From Phoronis australis (lineage: Eukaryota; Animalia; Phoronida), in NCBI GenBank assembly GCA_002633005.1, contig NMRA01000844.1, forward strand, positions 1-46,531: a stretch of 46,531 bases of DNA, given 5' to 3'. The position numbers and the translations under genes are program-made. Shown here one piece after another: positions 37,592 to 46,531 of this stretch. Each line of letters starts with the position of its first letter. The stretch's first letter is position 1. The notes under the pieces were generated by a model, which searched no databases, was not told the DNA's origin, and saw only the letters and a program-made list of their open reading frames with translations.

Positions 37592-38397
37592 TACACCGGT
37601 GACCTAAAGTCGTGAATATAAGCATAATGAGCAGTTGATTGTCATACTACCCATTGTCCGTTAGCAACTGCTCATGTGATGTCATGGACATATATCAGCC
37701 TTCACAAATATACCTTTTTTGACAATCTTAATCCTTGTTTGTATCCGTAAGCAGAGTTTTAAAACAGTCGCTGATATCGCCGGCCATTTTAAATGAGGCC
37801 CTAAAGTTGTGGGCGTTTCGTTTAAACGGAAATGCACGAAGTATGACCACACAAGTCAACTACAGTGCTTACAGTTACTCTAGATGACACAAAAATGCAC
37901 TGCATTGTTTATTAATTCAGTTTCAATTGAAATAAATTGTTATATGTTTTTCACCCAACTTTGATTTGCACAGACGTTTTCAATGAGGTTGTTCACGTAA
38001 AACGCTAAGAACCCAGCATCAATTATCGCTCTGTATTTTATTGTTTTGGCCTTACAAAACTTGATTGACCCTGGGACATTTTGATACATTGTTCAAGCTA
38101 CCCCTGGAGCGCGTGTGTGAGTAAATCTGAACGATAAATATTCTCGAAAACATACCCCAAAAACGCACAAAAAATTGAATTAGTAAAATATGCTGTTTTT
38201 AAGATACATTTGAAAAAAAGAAGCCACTCACTCACTGTTTGTCATATTGTGAATACGAACACGTCCGGGTATTCGTTTGACGTTCGTAAGCAGGCGAACG
38301 CTGGAAACTTCAACGCCAGATGTTGTAGGGCCGCGCACAAGAGGAAATAAGGTTGTTCACGACTTTAGGGCACTCACGACTTTAGGACCTCTGACGG
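37592..38397. mobile_element. Possible pogo/Tc1-type MITE or remnant
   Basis: Right end ...GGACCTCTGACGG|TA with two TCACGACTTTAGG subterminal repeats (38357, 38374); the inverted motif CCTAAAGTCGTGA lies at 37603-37615. Left end degenerate. Confidence 0.4.
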
Positions 38398-38636
38398 TAG
38401 TATTTTGGTGGTAATAGACAGTTTAATGGGTCTCTGATTTGAGAACCAGTTAGTCCACTAAATAACGTGTATTATTCTGAAAGACAGGGCTAGGGTATTG
38501 CCCAGCGGCCCACACGCCCACCTATTAGTGAACAGACGCCAAATTTTGCAGAAGGGCAACATTTGTCACCATTAATTGGTACGCCGGTCAGAAACGTCCA
38601 GTAAATTCTGAAAAAAGCTGGGTCCAATCAGTACTG

Positions 38637-39690
38637 TAGTGGGGGCGTAAGTGCACCTAGGCGCAGCCAATCAACTTTTTGCAGTTTAATGTAGCACCTA
38701 CGCACCGTAAGTTACGGTATAATGGGATGTTGGCGCACGTAGGCGTAGCCAACCATCTTTTTACGCTTTAACGTCGCGCTTTACGCTCGTAATTTAAGTG
38801 ACGGCATAGTGGGACGTAGTTTTCTTGATAAGATAGCTTACAGTATTGATGCGCGGCTACGCTGACGACAGCAATGTTGCCAAAAATTTCGGCACGCGCG
38901 ACTGCCAGGAATGCTTAGATGAGCTCATGATTGGCAAAACCCGACCAAAAGTGGTAAATGTAAACAGCTCCATTTCATTGAACGCATTACATCAATATGT
39001 TAGTCAGTGAAGACAGAAGCCCTGATTCGAGAGATCGGACTATGTTTTGGGGGTTAATGCGATACTTGGAAAGTCCCACCATCATTCAGAATCTTGCGCT
39101 GATGCACGATGTGCCAGAAGGGCTGCCAAGCCTGTGCAGAAACACAACTACGAATACCACAAGCAGAAAATCTTACTCGTAGGATGGTTCGGGTCTTCAG
39201 TCTATGGCTGATAATACCGGAGAAACATTCGCCACTTTATTGAAATGCTCTCAAGAGAATACGTTTGAGTCCCAGGACAAAGGAACAACCGTGACCAAAC
39301 GTCCTGGGCAGGTAATTCAAAATGTTGCTGTGAACTTTGAGCGGCGTTCACTTGACAAAGGAAACCAGTCATTTTGCTCTATTCTGAGCATCGTGGACCC
39401 CAAAACCAAGCCGAAGGGATCTAGAATAACATAAATCGAGAAAGAAGGCCATGATATTTGCGAGAGGTTTGGGATGGTTGCCACAATGGCAATCAGGGGA
39501 ATGCGTGAGTTCGTAGTAATTTTACCACTATGGCACTGTGGTCACTCTACTGTTTCCTGGCAGCTTATCAGCCACTCCTGTCTGAAACCCTTTTGGCCCC
39601 GCAAGGCTGTCGAACCCAATTTCCTAGGCAATACCCTCCTGTGGAAGCTACCGGATAGCCTTTCAAGAAATTCACAAACTTACTAACCAC
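38637..39690 (+). mobile_element. Decayed hAT-like element with a KIAA1586/ZNF862-type transposase fragment
   Basis: SEDRSPDSRDRTMFWGLMRYLESPTIIQNLALMHDV, NVAVNFERR, SIVDPKTKP and IRGMREF resemble this hAT group; the TAGTGGGGGCG... end has an inverted related copy at ~7895-7968. Confidence 0.55.
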
Positions 39691-39743
39691 GCATGCACAT
39701 GTATTATAAACATGTAACAACGTTTGTCAACCAGCAGTGTTAA

Positions 39744-41947
39744 GAGTGACTCCATATAAAACCCAACAGGTAGAGTCTATACCCAAAATCACCGATTTTT
39801 TTGAAACTTAGCACATGAGTTTGGTTTCTTGCGATGTACAAAAACCTCACTTTTTAAGAATTTTCATTCATTATTTTTCTTTTTATGACCTGTACCTCCA
39901 TTTTGCAACAAAGTTGGGCGTCGAAGTGGGCATGTTTGAATGCAATTTACTAGCATGTGTGGTAAGGTCAAAACAAATGAATAATACGAATTGAAAGCGC
40001 AGTGGCTGAATAATTTAATGGTATAACTTTCAAAATCCATTTTTAAATTTGTACGTTATGAATTTGTGAGGCAAAAACGGCTATTTTTCAGGTTTTCGCT
40101 GAAGCCATTTTCGGCCAAATTTGGCACTCTGTAGAAGCCATAACGCACCTTTCCTGAAATTGACTTTATAATAATTTGTTTAGTCATTCCTAACCTGTTC
40201 ATAATCTAAAATAAAAAATCTTGCCTCTAATCTAGTTTATGCGTACGAANNNNNNNNNNNNNNNNNNNNNNNNNNTTGCTGGGTACAAGGGAACTTTGTT
40301 GAGGCTCTTCACTAGATACAATGCCAACCTTAACTCTTGGTGTTGAAACTCCGCCATGTCTAGAGATGTTACTGTATTTTAGAGAAATAGGTTTCGCATT
40401 TTCTCAGTATTTGTACGAACTTACCGTCACCTACATGGAATGATTTCCACACGCGAATTCCTTGGGTGGAATAGTGGGAATTTGAGAATGTGCTTATACC
40501 AGGAGCTGGGTATTTTGGAAAAGACTTTGTTGCATTGACTGAACATGCATTCACATAACATCCCTTCACATGGCCACTGGAAAGTAATGCTTCTTTAAAA
40601 TCCAGAAACTTTATGATATTTTTACCTTCGGCTACAATGTACTTTGCATGTCGTTTGAGTGGAGCGATCTTGCTATCACAGAGATCCTTTCCATTCTGAC
40701 TTTCACTAAAGTCATATCTCGAAACAGAAATGCCGGTAGAATTTGACAAGGCTGCTACGTTCAGGAGGAGAGGAGCAGAGTGGTAACATCCAGCATTACC
40801 TGACTCTTCCATAACTGGTCCTGTTTACTCAGAAATTCACCGACTCTGGGTAGTACGAGTGCGTACTCTGGCACAGGCCTTGCTTTGTGAGGTAGTTTCC
40901 TGTATCTCAAATGTTCAGTGGTGTCTTTGACATAACTCACTAAAGCACAAAGCTTTTGTGGTCGGATTTTTTGCAGAATAAACTCTAAAGGAACATGAAG
41001 GCCCATCGACATCGTCCGCCATTTTGTCTTTTTAAAATGCACTTGCTTCTCTCAAAACCAATCATTACAACTATCAATTCATTCTCGTTTAATCTTAAAG
41101 GAATTTATTTCCATTTAAAATTTCTACAGAGTGCTTAAATTAACCTGATAATGTAAAAGAAATGAAAGAATACAATAGGGTTACACGTACATTTTTTATA
41201 AATCCTCAAGCTTAACCTCAACTGACTCCCTCAGTGGGCAAAGGTCATTGGGTTCGGGTTTGATACTAGCCGCGTAATTAACCCGGAAAACATCTTGTTT
41301 TCATTTGAAAGAGTTTAGACTTGGTTTCTATAACTATTTAAAGCAGACTTCTTGCCTAAAAGTTTGTTCAAATGGTCTGTAAAGTCTGCTCGTCATTTCC
41401 AAACTATGAAAATAGACGGTTATGCAAGACAATTTTCACTAAGGTGCAAAATTGAGGCAAGATTTTTTATTGCTCAGTCATCAAGACTAATACTTTAACT
41501 GTACGTTCAAAACGTCACATAAGGCTACAAGGTGTTTTATGGCAGTAAGAACGTCACAAAAATGGCCACTAAAATTAGCCCCAAAAAGTGGTATGTGGAT
41601 TATCTCCCCTGTCTAGCACAAAACTGTCAGATATCAATAAATAGCACAGAATTATGTACAGTATACGTTGGTTATTTGAGCCACTAAAATATAGCTTTCG
41701 ATCTATTTTTGTATGTTACTCATTTTTGTTGTTGAAAACATGCGATTTTTGAGACGGCTAATATGCCCAATTGTGCCAATTTATGTTATCATGCTCCAGC
41801 GGCGAATTCAGGGGTCATTGAGTGCACAAAATTTGGCATTTGGGTTTTTGTTAGGATACCTACCCATGTAGAAAAAATGAAATTGTTTTAAATTTTGACG
41901 TATAGACTGATTTTTGAAAATCTACTGGTTTTTATATGGACTGTCTC
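39744..41947 (-). mobile_element. Sola3-like DNA transposon, internally deleted, spanning an assembly gap
   Basis: TTAA|GAG...CTC|TTAA termini; both ends share TCCATATAAAA..CC...AGTCTATAC; contains transposase core motifs; 26 Ns at 40250-40275. Confidence 0.7.
40290..40860 (-). pseudogene. Sola3-like DDD/E transposase core fragment
   Basis: ORF 40369-40812: SGNAGCYHS (cf. SDNAGCYH), YDFSESQNGKDLCDSKIAPLKRH, EGKNI, GISTFSN, GIRVWKSFHVGDGK. Confidence 0.7.
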
Positions 41948-44900
41948 TTAATGGTTTTTGACCAGTATAGAGACATTTACTACGTAAGACAACACTGCGT
42001 GTATTATCTTACTCATATGTCGAGATAATAACATATCACGAGCCTAAGTTGATCGACATGGTCAGGTGACGAGTTACAAATAGGCCTATAACAACACTCA
42101 CAGTCAGTATAGATGTAAGAGCCTCTAATATTGGTAAATAGGTAGGCATGCAATGCATTTTGACTCTTGATTAACTATATTTTAACTCGTTTTCGTCAGT
42201 GCTGTGGCAATGGTTGTCATGTATGGTTATAATGAACCACTAATTGATCGCAAAGGCGGCGGGACACTCACTAAACAAGACTGTAATCCAAAGCCAAAAT
42301 TCCGATATAGGGAAGAAATAAAAAGAGTGCATACCTTGGAACATACTTGTGTTTAGCTTTTGAGTGGTCAAACAGTGTTGACAGGCTAGGCTGCTCGTGC
42401 GGGAGTACACACAGTTAAGTAATTAAGGGCACCGTTTGCTCATTACAACGTCACTTTTAAGCTTTGGAAAAGGCCAAAAAATGTCGGTAGTAATACCTCA
42501 CAGAGTCAGACTGTTAGTGTTAGCTAGATGGAACACACCAGACCAGTGCCAATGTCAGTAACAGCAAATGTCTAGACTTGACCACGTGAATACACGTGTT
42601 GTTGGGAAAAAATGGGAAACAAACAACAGGACAAGGACGTGGTCGAAAAAGTTGATGAATGCAACAACTGAATAAGATTCCTATTATTTAGTGGATTAGA
42701 CAGTGACCACCGTCTCTAATTGGCATTTCGTTTTGTTCAAATCTCACACAGCTGCAGAAATCAGCAAAAATGGATGTCAGCAATCTCATTGCTCAGTCTA
42801 AAGATAGACAGAAACATGTACTAATGGATTGATTCGCCATCTGTTTCTAAGAAGCGAACCGGAGCAAAGTGGTAGTTGACCATGGGTATTCAGTATCTGA
42901 GGATTATCAACAATCCAACCCTTTCCTGTCAAACATATCTAAAGATTCAACTGAGCAACTTGATCGGAAACTGTTATTTATAATCAGTACATCTTTGGAT
43001 GATCTTTGCAGGACTTCAGGAAAATTGTGCCTAGACTTCCCATGAGGAACAGGGATGACACATGGACTATCACTTCTATCACTATGTGTCATTCACTGCA
43101 TATCATTATGACTAAGAATGAGTTCACTGTAGCCATAATGTACGAGAATGTAGATGTTTGCCAAAAACCCTCAACTCTGTGCTGTACAGAGGCTATTGAC
43201 TGCTGCGTCCATTTGTCATCATGCGGGCAATGGTGTATGTTTTGAACATTTTTCGGATGGCTCACATTTATAGCTTATAATTGTTTTTAACATGCATTTT
43301 TAGCAAAGGTGACATAGTTGATGATATATTACATTAAAAATTCTCCAGATTGAGACAGCCTCCTAAATTCAGAACACAGAAATCATGGCTGAAATTTAAT
43401 TTTTTCATCTTGAAGTTTGAGGCGTGAGTGATTTGTATATTTTCGTAACTTTCAAATTCCTAACTCTACGTTGTAGCATAACAGGTTGCAAAAATACTCC
43501 TGTAAGTTCATAAAAAGTGACTCTCATGACAAACATTTAATAAACTGTTACCATTCCCCTTAAATTTCTGACAGACAGTTGTGTGAATTTCTAAAAGTTG
43601 GGGCAAGCTCCGACTTTGATCAAAATAATTATTCACTGTCCCAAACGAGAGTTTTTGCGTAATCAATTTTTGAAATTCAGTGTGTAGTTAACTGTAAAAC
43701 TGATGGATGTCTGTTCTTCTCTATAAGAGGATCTGCTTTAAGAAAAAAGGTTGTAAAAGTGATGAAAATTTATTGTTTAGTTTTTGATCTTTAGTGGTGG
43801 TGTGGTAGTTTACACCAGCTTTAAAAATGTCAATGATGAAAGGTAGAAATTATAAATGACAACAGATATCAATAGTCCATTTCAGTGAATGACTCTGAAG
43901 CAGATAATAGTGGCAGTACCCGTGTGGTTAAAGAGTCATGACATAATGCTTTCGATTTTAAAATCTTGAGGGACTTTCTGATATTTAGGCTATGAGTGTT
44001 TTTTCACAAGAAATGATGTGTGAGTGTGTGTTGTTAAAATCAGTTGCATAGTGAGTTAGTCACTGAATGATCTCAGTGATTTTAAGCATATTAAAATATG
44101 CTTAAGGGGGTTTGATCAAAGAATATTTTATTGGTTAGATAGATACACACCTAGGGAGTTTGTGCCATGTGATAAAATGTTATTGTTTACATATGTTTGG
44201 AAAAAATAAATGGTTTAACGAGATAACGAAACGTTGCAATTGTGTCTTTAGCATCTAACATTAATGTTTGATACAGGATTACTATTACATAGACATTTAA
44301 AAAGTTATAGATTTTGGATTTCCTATATATAGTTACGGTTAAGAATGGTTGCCTACATGATGTTCTCTGCACATTTGTTGCTTTGATAATACTGTCACTG
44401 ATGGTGGTGCTCTATGAAAAATCAAAAATTATAGGGCAAGTTTGACTGTAAAATCACCCATGAAAATCTTATTTTAAGATGTGGATTTCCGACTCTGTCC
44501 CAATTATTTTACTACAGGTACTCCAATATCGTCCGCATTCGTCGCGATTCTATACTAGGGGATTCCATTGACAGGGAATTCCCCGAGTATGCATGACAAA
44601 GGAGATAAGTCTTTATTTTGATACATAAAAGAGTGTCGACAAATACGGATTTTCTCATCTGCAAGGATTATAATTACCATTTTACGAACTTAGTCCTAAC
44701 TACTACAAAACTTATCAAAATTACAACAATGACAAAACGTTTTTCTGCGGTTTATTTGGCGCGGATACGAACCGATATGATCTCGCGACATCCAGCCTCA
44801 TCACCCGTTTTTCGCCGTATTTTGTAAATGTGATGTGCCATATGTGAAAGACTAGTCGCTAACCGACTAGAGCGACGTCTTTCGTGAAAATGGTATAAAG

Positions 44901-45429
44901 ACAAAGCTTTTTAGTGTGCCTCGTGATAAAATTCTGTAGGCCTTCATCACTTTGAACAACTGATGAGCAGTCTTGAGTTATTTAACCAGATGATATACCT
45001 GACCTCTGGTCGTTGTTGAATTCTAGGTTAGCCAAGGGACATGCAAGATTACGTGCAAAACTCATCTGGTTGCAAGCGGAAAATGCAATATGTCACAGGC
45101 TTTCACTTTTGAATGAACACTGAACAGAGCATTCTGAATACAAACTTTAACAAACACCTTGCAGGCCACAATGTCTTTTGACCTTTGGTGTTAATCAGTG
45201 AATTGCGTAATTCTTGAGATCAACGCGTATCAGTATGTGTAAAAAGGAATTCTAATATGTTGACATTTATTTTAGGACAACTATATCCTCTCGATATCCA
45301 AAGCTATCCGTTCAAACTGTTAAAAATGAATCATGTATTCAGAGTGTTTGTTCAAGCTGGAAGTAATATACTTAAGGTTGTTTTACATGTTACATGCCAT
45401 GTGTCAAATAAACCATCTGAGCTAAATTC

Positions 45430-45880
45430 AACTTAAGTTTTTGGCGAAAAAACTTAAGTTTTTGGAAAATAACTTAAGTTTTAGAGGAAAAACTTAAGAT
45501 CTTCCAAAAAACTTAAGTTTTTAAAAGAAACTTAAGTTTTTAAAACTTAAGTTTTTCGCCAAAAACTTAAGTTTTTCAGCACAATGTTAAGTTTTTCAGA
45601 AAACTTAAGTTTTTCAGAAAACTAAATTTTTTTCAGGTGTAAAACTTAAGTTTTCACAAATAAACTTAAGTTTCAAGTAATAACTTAAGTTTTTATGAAA
45701 ACTTAAGTTTTTTGAACTAACAAAACTTAAGTTTTTCTGATAACTTAAGTTTATCACAAAACTTAAGTTTTTGTAATTTTAAAAACTTAAGTTTTCCTGA
45801 CTTCTTAAGTTTTTCGAAAACTTTAGTTTTTCCAATTATAGAAACTTAAGTTTTCCTGACTTCTTAAGTTTTTAAGAAAA
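45430..45880. repeat. Array of palindromic AAAACTTAAGTTTT monomers with an internal inverted arm
   Basis: About 20 copies of AACTTAAGTT spaced ~15-22 bp; 45430-45461 is nearly the reverse complement of 45542-45573. Confidence 0.9.
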
Positions 45881-46531
45881 CTGGATTTTTTGATGTTTGG
45901 AAAACTTGAATTTTCTAAAAACTCTAAGGTTTCTATGTGATGAAAATTTACGTTTTCTAGTTTTTAAAATTTGAATATAGTGAGATATTTTATAATTTTT
46001 GGTTCAAAAATTTTCCCATTATTTTCCAACAAAAAATAATTATTTGCCCATGCAAAACCCATCATCTCATAAAAATGTTGCCCGAATGTTTCCTTAACAT
46101 TTATATAGATACAAACCATAAAAGGAAGCAAGTTTAACCAGTACTGATTTAGTGCAATTACGTAACCATTATCGCACGTGAATTTAAATGTAGACGAACA
46201 TCCGGTGACCAACAGCAGTAAGAATGCACCCAATGTTAATCCCCTGAGACACTGACCTGATCAGTACAATCTAATCAATAGAACTCGTGCAATTCTTAAA
46301 AAACGCAGTTATTGTGCAAGTTTCCTTTGTGTTGAGTTGTATTCGTAAGGCAGTTTCCACCTGAAGTCAACAGTTTGAATTTTATAACGACAGTCAACTT
46401 CGAAGAAAAAGTCGTGTGTTGGCTAGCCCGCGACAATGAAGTTTATATTACTACGAGCAGAGCCAGCAAGAAGACATTTCAGAAGTTTTGGAAGTCAGGT
46501 TAGTGCCAGAGAGCGTTCTAAAATCGATTGG

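Noticed and set aside
43006-43245. tttgcag-DFRKIV ORF as the next astacin exon
   Set aside because: The phase fits but the peptide lacks all conserved C-terminal astacin residues.
44828-45200. Possible THAP-like remnant (CAIC...KLFSVPRDK)
   Set aside because: Too short and broken; no termini or second motif to support it.
45964-46260. Minus-strand signal-peptide-like stretch followed by FKFTCDNG (LDLa-like)
   Set aside because: No ATG, the expected cysteines are missing, and there is no clear splice support.

Overview
This is eukaryotic (animal) genomic DNA, AT-rich and repeat-dense, most consistent with a marine invertebrate (inferred from the repeat families and the astacin propeptide style). 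The only host gene I can support is a + strand astacin-family (M12A) zinc metalloprotease. Five phase-compatible exons (6144-6273, 7243-7372, 8963-9051, 14926-15122, 33586-33777) splice into one open 246-codon frame covering propeptide, RHKR furin site, HExxHxxGxxH and the SIMHY Met-turn. I could not locate the signal-peptide exon or the C-terminal exons. The 18.5-kb intron before the zinc-binding exon holds nested mobile DNA: a full-length decayed GalEa-type Copia (171-bp LTRs, CCTAG TSD, tRNA-Met PBS), two inverted Kolobok-like deletion derivatives (THAP plus putative KolX N-termini), and Gmr1-like Gypsy fragments, one split by a Kolobok at a TTAA. Elsewhere are Sola3-like, hAT-like, P-like and CR1/L2 LINE remnants, two foldback arrays of palindromic monomers, minisatellites and N-flanked duplications that look like haplotype artefacts. 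The most notable cryptic signal is an excess of TACATGTA, with two internal comparisons showing it as TA versus TA-CATG-TA, the form of a Tc1/mariner excision footprint. All alignments and family calls were made by eye, without database searches.
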